This document shows, piece after piece, positions 25,614 through 37,955 of a stretch of DNA of 64,000 nucleotides. Below the pieces are notes generated by a model that saw only the letters and a list, made by a program, of their open reading frames with translations, was not told the origin of the DNA and did no database searches. The position numbers and the translations under genes are program-made. Source of the stretch: Vicugna vicugna (taxonomy: Eukaryota); assembly GCA_013265495.1 (NCBI GenBank), contig MU058423.1:75061-139060 (forward strand), written 5' to 3'. The stretch's first letter is position 1, and each line of letters opens with the position of its first letter.

Positions 25614-28065
25614 GTGAGTCGCTACTGATGTTATTTTCAATCATTAATTTTTATGTGGACTATTTGTAGCTTTCATTTGCCAATTATTTTGAAAAATGAA
25701 AGTTCTTTGTTAGAAAAATTACAGGATCACTATTTTTTAGAGCTGGTAATATGTTAATTTAATAGAACCAGAAAAGCGAGCCTTTAAAAAACGTTGTGGC
25801 CCTTAATGGCATTTTTATTGAATAAACACATTAAAGAGAGCTTCTTTTATTTTTTTTTCCTTTCCTCTCTTGTCCTTTTTTCTTCTCTTTTCTGTCTTTC
25901 TTTTTTCATCTTAAGAAAGAAGACAGTGGTGATAGGTTAAAAAGTTGTTGAAAGGGAGGTCATTAGCTATTCCCTCTCATTTCCCCTTCTGCCCAAGAAG
26001 AAATTGTCTCAAATTAGAGAAAGAGAGAATGTCAAAGCAGGAATTTTCTGATAGAAAAGCCAGATACATTTTCAAGGGATAAAGGGCACACTTGAGGAAA
26101 CTCCCCTTTCTAATAGCTAAATTAAGAAAATAAAACTGCTGAATATAAGTATTATTGACACCCATAGCTCTATAGATTCAAGAAAACTACCATTAATATT
26201 TTGATGCCCTATCCACTCATTTTCCTGTGCGCACACATAGAATTTTTAGAACAAAAAAGGATGAGACTATGTTTGTACCCAGTTTTTTGTTATACTTACT
26301 AATACATCATGTACATTGTTTCCCCATCTCAGTAAATATACTTTAGCCGCAATTATTTTTTCATGGGGTAGATGGATATACCATAATTTATTTCACCATT
26401 ATCTAATCAAAGGACATTTTAAATTGTTTATATTTTTTCACTATTAATAAACAGTATTTGTATGATAGTACTTCTGTATACGTCTTTGTGAAAATGATCA
26501 TTTCCTTTGGATAAATTTATAGAAGTGGAATTACTAGAGGAAAAGGTTTTCAATACAATTGGCCAAATATCTCTTTTAGAAAAGTTATAATAATTTACAG
26601 TCCCACCTGCAGGACCTGAGATAAGGCCAATAATGGGTTTTATGTTTTTGAATCTGTCCTTTTACCACATTAATTACATTTTTTAACATTTAAATATTTT
26701 AATTCATCTGGAATATTTAAATAAAGTAAGGAAGGACTAAAACTTTGTTCCCACATGGTTATTCAGCCTGTTCATTTTTCCATTTGTTAATTCAGTCCAC
26801 AAACATTTATTGAGTCCCTAGCTATATGCCAGGCATTGTCCAAGCTCTGTGGGGAGACCAAAATGATAGGCAAGATTACTGCTCTTCATTGGAGAGAAGT
26901 AAACAATAAACAGACCAACAAATAAATGAATAAATAAGAAAACTATCAGGTAGTAATGAGTGCTTTGCAAAGACTTAGAACAGAGAATTTTGATAGAGAG
27001 GAACTGAATGGTCCCTAAAGGGAAGGCTTCTCAGAGGTGGTGATTGAGATCTGGATGATAACCAAGCAGGAGGCTTTGTGAAAATCTAGAGGAACAGTTT
27101 AACACTTAGCACAAGTAGGAATAGACTGAGATGAGGGCAAGGAGGCAAATTAGCGCCAAATCATGGGGCCTCCTAACCCAGAATGAAAAGTTATGGATGG
27201 GCAGTCATTAGAGAGATTGAAATGGGTGAGCATCCAAATCTGGTTTACCTAGTAGGGAACCAAGGTTGGGAGACCACTTAAGAGGCTATTAGGATAGTTA
27301 ATTGTCCCAGCCCCATTGACTGAAAAATCCATCCTTTCCCTATTAATTTAAATGTATCTTTTGGTTCTAATTCTGGACTTTCCACCCACCTTTATTGATC
27401 AATTTTTCTAATTTTGAACAAGTGCCACACTGTCCTAATATATTTATATATCTGTTAGGGTAGGTGCCACCAATTATTTATCCTTTTCCAATATTTCTAA
27501 TGCATTTGTTCTCTGGGTGTATTTTAGAGTCATTTTACCCCATTTGAAAAATAAATTACATTGAAATTTTCATAGACATTACGTTAAATGAATGGCTTTC
27601 CTAAGATACTGTTAGCATCTTGACAGTGTTGTGTTTTACTGTCCAAAAATATTTTCTCTTCCCCCTCCCCCTCTTGCCCTTCCTCTCCCTCTGCTCCTCC
27701 TCCTGGTTTGCTTTCTGAGTTTAGAAGATTTATCTTCTCTCCTTTTTGTTTTTAATTCTCTATGCCTCAGGAAAGCAAAAGATATGAAATTAGACAAAGG
27801 ATCTTAGATTTATTGTGTTTTTGTTGCTAAAGTAAAAAGTTCTTTTTCATAATATAAATTTTTATATTATAAACCTAGTATTTACTGCAAAAAGAGACTT
27901 TATGTCTATATTTATTTGATAACTGTCCACGTAATGATCTACTGGTTATAATAGCCTCTGATGATTTTGACCTCTTTCCATTCAGTTTCTCTGCCTGATT
28001 AATTAATACCAAATATATTTTTGACATTTATTACAGTATGTGATTGTGGTTCCCCTCCTCCCCAG

Positions 28066-28932
28066 GTCTTGGGCTTGCCTTCAACTTGAATCCAGCTCTG
28101 ACCATGATTGGCAAGTACTTCTATAAGAGGCGACCACTGGCAAACGGACTGGCCATGTCAGGCAGTCCTGTGTTCCTCTCTGCCCTGGCCCCCCTCAACC
28201 AGACCCTTTTTGCTCACTTTGGCTGGAGAGGAAGCTTCCTAATTCTTGGGGGCATCCTACTAAACTGCTGTGTGGCTGGAGCCCTGATGAGACCAGTAGA
28301 GCCCAAGCCAAACACTGCAGGGAAAGAAAGATCTAAGGAATCCCAGCAGGAAGCTGGAAGATCTGACGCGAAAAAGGGGGCAAGTGATACAAATACAGAA
28401 GTTAATGGCAGAAATCCCCCAAAAGAGAAACAATCAGTTTTTCAAACAGTAAGCAAACTTCTGGACTTATCCCTGTTCAAGCACAGAGGCTTTTTACTGT
28501 ACCTCTCTGGGAATACGGTAATGGCTTTTGCACTGGCTACACCTTTAGTCTTTCTTAGTAATTACGCCAAGAGTCAGCATTACTCTGATGAGAAGGCTGC
28601 CTTCCTTCTTACTATTCTGGCTTTTGTTGACATGGTAGCCAGACCTCTTATGGGATTTGTAGCCAACACAAACTGTGTAAGACCTCGAATTCAGTATTTT
28701 TTTGCTGCTTCTATTATTGTATACGGAATGTGTCATATGCTAGTACCTTTCTCCTCCAGCTATCTTGGGTTTTGTGCCTATGCGGGATTCCTTGGATTTG
28801 CTTTTGGGTGGCTTGGCTCCGTATTGTTTGAAACGCTGATGGACCTCATTGGACCCCAGAGGTTCTCCAGTGCTGTGGGATTGATGACCATTGTGGAATG
28901 CTGTCCTATCCTCCTGGGGCCACCGCTTTTAG
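28066..28932 (+). CDS. SLC16A1: Monocarboxylate transporter 1-like, exon 4
   Basis: ccccag|GTCTTGGG...TTTTAG|gtatag, 867 nt. Contains [18 protein letters not shown] and FVDMVARP (D309/R313). Confidence 0.95.
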
Positions 28933-31244
28933 GTATAGTATGTCTCCCTATTTCTGTGGTTCGGTTAACATAAAACAGGTATGGAAGATTGGAAGATGAT
29001 AGAAAGCAGAAATCAGTGAGCTGCTGATGCCAGAGGGCTAGTCTTTCTCATTTCTGTACCCTCCATGCTGACACATGGAGCATAATTGCTCAAATACTTT
29101 TGGAAATAAATTAAAGTGAATCATCAAGCTGAAAGGGGAATAAAAAACTATTACAAACGTAAGCATTTATTGAAATATTTTTTCTCATAGAGAAACCAAA
29201 TGTATTTATTGTAGAAAAATGTATTATACTCCACCTTTAAAATACTGTTGGTGATTTCTCTTAATTATGGAATTTATATCAGCAGTAATATTTAAAATAA
29301 TAACAATAGGTACCAGGTAAGGGCTTACAGTATACCAGGGACTGTCCTAATCATTTTCTATATTCTATATTACAAGTCTGTGATGTAGGACTGTCCCCAC
29401 TTTATAAATAAAGGAATTGAGACTTCTAAAAGCAAAATAACTTGCCCAAGATCACACAGCTAGTAAGTGACCATAAAACTTGATGTATTATTCTTTTAAG
29501 AATGCTAAATGATTTATATTTTTAAATTATCATTAATACAAAATACAGCAATGATTTGGGCTTCCTCCGGATGTGACTCATGCTTTTGAGATTATGCGCT
29601 ATAAAGTAAGAAGGCAACATAAAAGAAGATCCACTACTGACTTTTCAAAACTTATCCCCCTCTCTCCTCCCTATACTCAAGGAGATTCCAAGTCCTGTCG
29701 AGTTTTACCTCCTAAATCTCTTTCTAATCTGCCCATATTTCTACATCACAACTACCACTCTTACCCAAACCTGCCTTCTCTCTGGGCTGCTCCTAGCAGT
29801 AGCCTTCTGACTTCACCCATGTCCACTCTAGCTGCTCTTTAATCTCCTGAAACACTCGAGTTGCTTCCCACGTCTCAGGGTGAAGATTAGATTCCCTACC
29901 ATGGCCCGCAAGGCTCTGCATGGCCTGGCCCACCCACCTCTCCAGCCTCATTCCCACCACTCAGTCTGCTCTCTCTGCTTCCCCTCTCACACCCTCTGCT
30001 TTCTCCTACCATCTGCCTCTGCACGAGCTCTTCTCTGCCTGGATACTTTTCCCATCTCCTTTCTCCCAGATAACTCCTATCCTCCTGTAAGTCTTGGCAA
30101 AGTTTATTTACACTTTAAGAAAAGCCCTCCTGACCCTACTTGCTGGCCTCAATCTCCTATTCTCTGCTCTCAGACCTTCTCTGTAGCACTTGTCACAGTC
30201 TGTGCACTTACTGGGTTAACATTTTTCCTCTCCACTGAACTGTATGGATGTTCCCTCTTTTGCTCACCCTTAACTCAGGGCCTAGTGGACCCAGTGCCTG
30301 GTGTGTGTATAGAGACCCAATAAGCATTGCTGAGTGAGTGATGCCCTGAGCTAGAAAACTGTATGGAGTCCTATTTGAACTGGTTATTATATTCTTTATG
30401 GGTGTAGAGTTTTCCAAAGTTTATTCCTTGAAATACTAGTTTGTAGAGATGCTAATACATTTTACTATAACAAGGATTTCATGGCCAAAAAAGTTTAGAA
30501 ACACCAAAGTAAGTAAGTTTCTTTACTATCAGACCTCATAAAAGGCTTTAATAGAAAAGACTATGATATGTCATTTCCAAATTTGCTTGACTTTGGAAAC
30601 ATTAGGGAGGTGTCCTGTAGCACAGAGTTGTGGGTGGAGGCCTGAGTCAGACCTGGTGGGTTTCAAGCCAACCTATTTCACACACTAGGTCACTTTGTGA
30701 CCTTGGACGAGTTACTTAAGGTTTCTGAACTTTGGTTTTTATGTTATACAACGGGAATGATGATAGAATCTTCCTGTAGTGAATATTAAGCACTTAGAAT
30801 GGTGGAAAGGTATTGCTGTTTGTTAATATTTTAGCATAGGATGAGTGCTCACAGGAGTGCTCTTTGGGAAACACCGATGTCAGAGAAAGAGCATTGTCCT
30901 GGGAGAGTGGAAATCGCTCTGTGGCCTTGGGTAAGACTCCCAAACCTCTTTTGAGCAACAAATTTTTCCACTGTATATTGAAAAAATTGATTCTAGGTGA
31001 TCTCTAGGTATTTCTCAGTTCAAATTTGCCGAGATTTAATTATTTTCAAGTTGCTAAACGACAGAATATGCTAGGCCATCCAAAATCAGTGTGATGTCAT
31101 AAAAGATCAGATCATTTTTAGCAGTTCCTTTTTGTACTAAATTGTCATTTGTGGGATCTTTGAGTGGATCCTTAAACTTTATTTGGGCAAGGGTAAAATT
31201 GTTTACTTTACCCATGTAACTTTTTTTTTTTTTGACATCTTTAG

Positions 31245-31489
31245 GTCGTCTCCATGACATATACAGAGACTACAAATACACATACTGGGCAAGTGGCACA
31301 ATCCTTATTGTCTCAGGTATCTATCTCTTCATCGGCATGGGCATCAATTATCGACTTGAGGCAAAAGAACAGAAGGCAGAGGAGAATCAGAAAAAGGAGA
31401 GCAAAAAGATGGAACCAAAAGAAGTCACTAAAGCTGCAGAATCTCCAGAATCAAAAGGCGTAGAAGGACCCAAAGAGGAGAAACTTTAA
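31245..31489 (+). CDS. SLC16A1: Monocarboxylate transporter 1-like, exon 5 (stop TAA 31487-31489; total CDS 1473 nt, 490 aa)
   Basis: Poly-T tract ...ctttag|GTCGTCTC. Encodes [35 protein letters not shown]. Phases consistent across all exons. Confidence 0.93.
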
Positions 31490-31655
31490 GGCTCAAATCA
31501 GGGATAAACAGAAGCTTTGGACCAAAGATACCTGAAAAAAGTCTACTGAATCATGTCCTATTGCTGGTGCTTATCATGGACAGTTGACATTTGTGTACAG
31601 CTTATACCAGGTGTTCACTGATGGAACTTTCATTTCCTTCCTTTACATCAGTCAT

Positions 31656-31661
31656 AATAAA
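31656..31661 (+). terminator. Probable polyadenylation signal of the SLC16A1-like gene
   Basis: AATAAA 167 nt after the stop codon, shortly before repeat-derived sequence begins. Confidence 0.5.
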
Positions 31662-31984
31662 TATGTCACATCCTTTAGGGGCAGGGGATTTGCAAAAGGT
31701 GACAGGAGGAGATAGCTTTTATTTGAAGTCCCATTTATTAAGATATACTGTACAAATCTCTTTTATGAGAGTAAAGTTTAATGAATTTTGACAAAGGTAT
31801 TTAGTCAAAAAACTACCACTCTACTATAGAACATTGTGAACAGCCAAAATAATTCCCTTCTGCTCCTTTGCAGTCAGTCCCCTTCCCCTAACTATAGCCC
31901 CTGGCAGCCACTGATCTAATTTCTGTTCCCTATAGTTTTGCATTTTCCAGAATGGAATAAATGAAATCATATAGTATGTAGTAT

Positions 31985-33500
31985 GTGGCATAATAATATA
32001 TATTTGGTCTTTATCCCTGGTTCCTGGTATATGGTTCCTAGAACCCTTGGAATCTCTGGGGTGATAAGAGTGTCTTTTGCATGCTAATTAGGTGACTAGT
32101 GGCTGGAGACCCCTTTCTTAGCTGCAGGATAGGAGCTAGTCTCCAAAAAAGACCAAGGAGTGATTAGACTGTTGGAACATTCGGTGTCATCCCCTGACCT
32201 CCGGAGAGAGGAGAGAGACTGGAAGTTGAGTTCAATCACCGATGTTCAATGATCTAATCAATCATGTCTATGTAACAAAATCCCCTAAACTACAGAGAGC
32301 TTCCTGGTTGGTGAACACTGAGGTGCTGGGAGGGTAGTGCGCCCAGACAGGGCACGGATGCTCCACACCACTCCTCCCTGCCATATTTCGCCCATGCATC
32401 CTAGACATCTCTTCCATCTGGAGGTTCTAAATTATATCCTTGATAATAAATCAGTGAATGCAAGCAAAGTGTTTCTCTGAGTTCTGTGATTCACTCTAGC
32501 AAATCATCAAACTTGAAGATGGAGTCATGGGAACTCCTAGTCTATAGCTGGTTGGTCAGAAGTACAGGTGGCTGCGGGGAGCCACTCGTGACTGAGGGCT
32601 GCCGAGCACAGAAACTGGGCGTAAAACCCCAAAGTGCAGGGCGCCAGGCTCTGAGATTGAGGCTGCCGAGCACAAAGGTTGGGCCTAAACTCCCACAGTG
32701 CGGGGCGCCCGGCTCAAAGGTCAATTGAGTCAGAACAATCTCTGTTCCGCCACCCCTTTGAAGAATGCACCAGGTGCGCTAAGTGCCTGAGGAACATCCT
32801 GAGCCATTAAGTCACAAGAGACTTTTGGAAAGAGAGATACAATCGGCACACAAGTTAGTGATCTTTACTTAAAGAACAATTACCTGAGTTAAAATTATAC
32901 ACGAGTCACGATGCTAGTTTAAAAGTTATGATGTTAGCCTAAAGGAACAATAATCTTAGTCTATGATCTTAGCTTTTGGGGATCAGTCAATCTTGGTGTA
33001 TGGAACAGTAAACTATGATAATGATTTTAGTGCACACCATTAATGTACCCTGAAAAACAATACCTGTGCCTACGTGCAAGAATGCACAAGGTAGTCACTT
33101 GAATTTGTATAAATTAACTGCCTGAAATAAACTCGATGTCCACTCTTGACCTAGCGTCTTGCGGGCTAGAGTGAGACCCTCTCAACCCCAACTTGTCTTG
33201 CTGTCTCTTTGTTACGTCTTTCCTTTTCTCAGTCCTGCAGCACAGGTTTCTGGACCTGATCGATTGTCGGCTGGCTCCGACAGGTGGCAACCTGGGACTT
33301 GAGACTGGATACTGAAGTGAGGGCAGTCTTGTGAGACTAAGCCTTTAAACCTGTGGGATCTGACACTAACTCTGGGTACTTTGTGTTAGAATTGAATTAA
33401 ATTGTAGGACACCCAGTGGCTGGAGAGTTGGAGAAGTGGTTGTTGGTGTGCAGAAACTCCCACACATTTGGTGGCAGGAGTGTTATGAGTAAAAACGGTG
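31985..33500 (+). mobile_element. MER21-like ERVL LTR containing a nested younger LTR
   Basis: TATATATTTGGTCTTTATCCCTGGTTCCTGG...AACCCTTGGAAT start. Colinear with 45947-47003. Ends approximate. Confidence 0.7.
32573..33282 (+). mobile_element. ERV2 (betaretrovirus-like) solo LTR, 710 bp
   Basis: TG...CA ends with imperfect inverted termini (TGCGGGGAGCC/GGCTCCGACA). Perfect 6-bp TSD GGTGGC (32567-32572, 33283-33288). TATAAA ~33108, AATAAA 33126-33131. Confidence 0.85.
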
Positions 33501-36315
33501 GGGACTGGCCTTCTGTGTCTGGTTTCCTTCACAGAGCAGAATGTTTTATGATCCATCCATGCTGTTGCATTTTTAGCAGTTTATTGCTTTTTATTGCTGA
33601 GGAGTATTTCTTGTGTAGATGTACCATAATTTGTATATCCATCTACCAGTTGGACACTTGAGTTGTTTCAACTTTTTGGCTGTTATGAGTAAAGATGCTG
33701 TGAACATTCACACAGAGATGTGTGCAGACATATGCTTCATTTCTCCTGGGCAAATGCCTAGAATTGGAATTCTGGGTCATATGGCAAGTGTGTAAGAAAC
33801 CGTCAAACTGTTTTCTCAGTGGGTGTACTGTGTGCTCATCCCACCAGCGAGATGAGAATTCTAACTGTTCCACATCCTTGTCAGCAACAGGCATTGCCAC
33901 TCTTCTTAACTTGCCCGTTCCAGGAGGTGTGTAGTCTGTGACATTTCCCTGAACACTAATGATGTTGACCACTTTTTTTTCCTGTGCTCATCTGTATATT
34001 TTTACAGAAGGTTTATTTTTTAACCCTGACCTTTAACAGTCTTAAAAATATTTAAGTGCCTGGAGTTTTTGTCTTTCAAACTCTTTGGGTGACTTTTCCT
34101 GGCATAGCTGACGGTGAAATAAACAATATACTTGAAACTTCCTAAACATCTGGCAGTGTATTTAAATAGATGGTTATGAAGTCTAATAGCATGGAAAGAT
34201 CTTGTAATAAGCATGATACAATGTTAAGTGACAAAAGCAGAACACAAACTAGGTAAATGTATATAATGCACTCTCGGGGGAAAAAAGAGGAAAAAGACAT
34301 GCACAAAATTCCAACCATATTTGCGTTGGAATGGTGACTTTTTCCCTATATTCATTTTCCTTAATATGAATGTGGCTGCTTTTCACTAATAACAGAGGAA
34401 AAATGAATAGATTTGAAATAGAAGAGTTCTGACAAGAGGAACTTAATCACCTAAGAAAATAAAGCTAATGATTATTATAAGCCATTGTTTGTTTGTTTAT
34501 CTTTAAGAGTTGCATTCTAGTGAAAGGGAGGTGAGTGTGACATGGAACCCAGAAGCACAGAGCTCGAATAGCCTCAAGTCATGACTCTGCTGGTGCTGGA
34601 CAAAGCTGTGGAGTGCAGCGTCCATGGCCACCTGCGCCAACCACCAGTGCCTCCTTCCTGAGACAGTCAGTGCTCCTGGGGACAGCACCCCTGTGGTTGC
34701 CCTTCTGATCATCCTTCAGCTGCAGGTGAATGTAGCTCAGGAAGCCAGAGCATTCAGCACTTACCCACATCGCAGCAGCACAGCTGCTCTTGAACACGAT
34801 CTTACTGAAATCAGCATCAGAAAAAAATACGATGATGCCACAAAAAGACAGGGTGATGTTGCCCAAAGGAAGTCTACCTTTCCACACATTCATTCAACAG
34901 ATATCATTGACATTTACCCTAAGTGTCAGTTGTAAGCACAATTCTAAGCCCTGCTCTAGGCATAGAAAATTCATTAGGGACCAAGACACAGCTGTCTGTG
35001 TTCCACAGATCTTACTTTCTGGTAGGATGAGGCAGACAGCGAACAGTAAGTTGTAAGGGAAACTGGTTTTCAGGATACAGCAATGGATAAAAGATCAGCC
35101 TTCATTTATTCATTCATCTAAACAGTGTTTTTTGAGCACTGTCCATGTGACCTGACTATTTGCTGGCTAGAGGGGATAACTGAACAAAATCCAGTTCCTG
35201 GCATCCAAAGCTTCTAGTCCAGTGGGGAAGACTGTGAGCAAGTGCTGTCGGAGCAGCACGTGAAAAGCGGGCTACCTCCACTGGGAGGGCCTAAAGAGCG
35301 AGATTCTGGGCTGAATTAATCAATTCTGAGTCTCGCAGGCATAATACAGTTGTTGTGAGGGTTAAAGGTGAAAGTGCCCAACATACGGTTTTAGTCATTT
35401 TAATAATGAAATTGGAATTTACTCACACCCTGTAGCGCGGTGAGGGAAGCGTCAATGTGTTTCATTAACCAGAACAACAATGAATAAGAACTGCTGGCAA
35501 CACACAGAGTTCACGGTTTATGAAGCCCTCCTACGTGCAGTTTATGTCCAATCCATGTAAAACCCCAGGGAGGTAGCTATAATTAAAAACATTGCGGTAT
35601 CCTGGATTGGGTCCTAGAACCAGAAAAGGACATTAATGGAAAAACCGGTCTGCAGTTTAGTTAATAGGATTGTCCAATGTTAACTTCTTACTTATGACGA
35701 ATGTACCATGATTATGAAAGAAATTAACATCAGAGGAAGCTAGGGGAAGAGTATATAGAAACTCTCTGGACTAACTTTTTCTGTAAATTTAAAATTCCAA
35801 AATGAAAGATAAAAAAAAACCAAAAAACAAAAAACCCACAACATGACCCCTCCATCCTAGCAAGTCATCTACTGTCAGAAGAGCATCAAGCAAGAAGAGC
35901 TGAAGGTGGGACTGGATGGAAACTCTGGAAACAAATTTGAGAATGGAAAAGGCGGAGTCCTGGTTAATCCCGAAGGGTGAATAATGGCCAGAGCAATCAC
36001 TCAGTTCCTGCACGAGAAAGAGCAAGCTGATTCCCCGTCTCCAAAGAATTCACACTCTGATTCACAGTCCTTTTCCCTGGCATTGGAATTCACAATTCGA
36101 CTTCTTCACTGTCACATTTCCTTCTCTACTATTACTGTTCCAGGAATTAAAAGAGTTTGATTGCTGAGCTCATGCGTTCTGGGTCACAGGAAGAGGTGGC
36201 CAGTAGCCGTTAAAAAACCAGGAGGGAAAGAGGGCTGGGAGTAAGTCCCTCGGTATGCTGACAATCTGTGTGTAATTAAGAGCTGTTCACCCTGGGATGT
36301 TTTTCTCTTGTTGCT

Positions 36316-36485
36316 AAAGAAAGAACGAAGGAAGGAAAGAGAGAGAGGGAGAAAGAAAAAGAAATAAATGAAGGAAGGAAGGGAGAGCGGGAGAGAGAAA
36401 GGAAGGAAGGAAGGAGGAAATGGAGACAGAGAAAAAGAAAGAGGAAGGAAGAAGGAAAGAAAGAAGGAAAGGAAGGAAGAAGAGG
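36316..36485 (+). repeat. Polypurine (GAAG/GAAA)n low-complexity tract
   Basis: Directly visible. Confidence 0.9.
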
Positions 36486-36886
36486 GCCTGAGTGCTTTTC
36501 AGACTATAATTCTGAATGCTTTTCAAACTTGAGGCTGTGGAGACTTAATTTTAAAAGTATTTCTTTATTCATCTTATTATATCTAAGGGCCAACCATATG
36601 CCCAACACTGTTCAGAGCTTTGGGAATATAGAATAGTGACTAACACGGGATGTTCCCTGCACTCAGAGAGCATACAGACTAGCGGGTGAGACAAACATTA
36701 AACAGTACACAATCTGTAGTTAAATTTAAGGAAAGAACCAGGGTTCAACACTCTGCTGCTTCTTACCACCTGATGACTGTCTTTGATCTGTTATTGTGTC
36801 AATTTGTGAAACACCTGGATAAAGTTAATAAATTCCTTTTCAGTCTATCAGTTTTACCTAAAGCAGCTTTTAAAAATCCTGATTGC

Positions 36887-37955
36887 CCATAAACAAAACA
36901 AAAAGACAACCTATGGATTGGGAGAAATATTTGCAAACAATGTGACCAAAAAGGGTTTATTTTCCAAAACATACAAACAGTTCATACAACTTAATAACAA
37001 AAACAAACAACTCAATCCAAAAATGGGCTGAAGACCTGAATAGACATTTCTCCAAAGAAGATATACAGATAGCCAACAGGCATATGAAAAGATGCTCAAC
37101 ATCACTAATTATTAGAGAAATGCAAATCAAAACTACAATGAGGTATCACCTCACATCTGTCAGAATGGCCATCATCAAACAGTCCACAAATATTAAATGC
37201 TGGAGAGGGTGTGGAGAAAAGGAACCCTCCCACATAGTTGGTGGGAATGTAAATTGGTGCAGCCACTATGAAGAACATTATGGAAATTCCTCTCAAAACT
37301 GAAACTAGAACTACCAAATGATTCAGCAATCCCATTCCTGGGTATATATCCAAAAAAGATGAAAACTCTAATTCAAAAAGATACATGCACTCCAATGTTC
37401 ATAGCAGCACTAGTTACAATAGCCAAGACATGAAAGCAACCTAAGTGTCCATCAACAGATGACTGCATAAAGAAGATGTGAGATAGATAGATAGATAGAT
37501 AATGGAATATTACACAGCCATAAAAAGAATGAAATAATGCCATTTGCAGCAACATGGAGAGACTTACAGCTTATCATTTTAGTGAATAAAGTCAGACAGA
37601 GAAAGACAAACATCATGTGATATCATTTATATGAATCTAAAATTATGATACAAATGAATTTATTTACAAAACAGAAATAGGCTCACAAACATAGAAAAAA
37701 AATTCATAGTTACCAAAAGGGAAGAGGGGGAGGAATAAATTAGCAGTATGGGCTTAACAGATACACACTATCATATATAAAATAAACAAAAAGAATTTAT
37801 TGTATAGCACAGGGAACTATACTCATTGTCTTATAATAACCTATAATGGAAAAGAATAAAAAAAATATATCCATATCCAAATCACTTTGCTGTTCACCTG
37901 AAATTCACACAGTATTGTAAATCAAGTATACTTCAATTTTAAAAAAAGAAAAAGA
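36887..37955 (+). mobile_element. 5'-truncated LINE-1 (ORF2 C-terminus and 3'UTR), 5' part of a composite insertion reaching 38789
   Basis: ORF 37084..37302 [32 protein letters not shown]-rich tail ~37941-37955. Confidence 0.9.

Larger units (their letters stand above)
31733..34000 (-). mobile_element. Old LINE-1 3' fragment (L1M), split by nested LTRs at ~31985-33500
   Basis: Typical antisense L1 3' text on both sides (…aaatcatatagtatgta / cttctgtgtctggtttccttcac…). Confidence 0.75.

Noticed and set aside
31478..31489. C-terminal EKL as a peroxisomal PTS1 signal
   Set aside because: Does not fit the [SAC][KRH][LM] consensus, and PTS1 targets matrix proteins rather than polytopic membrane proteins.
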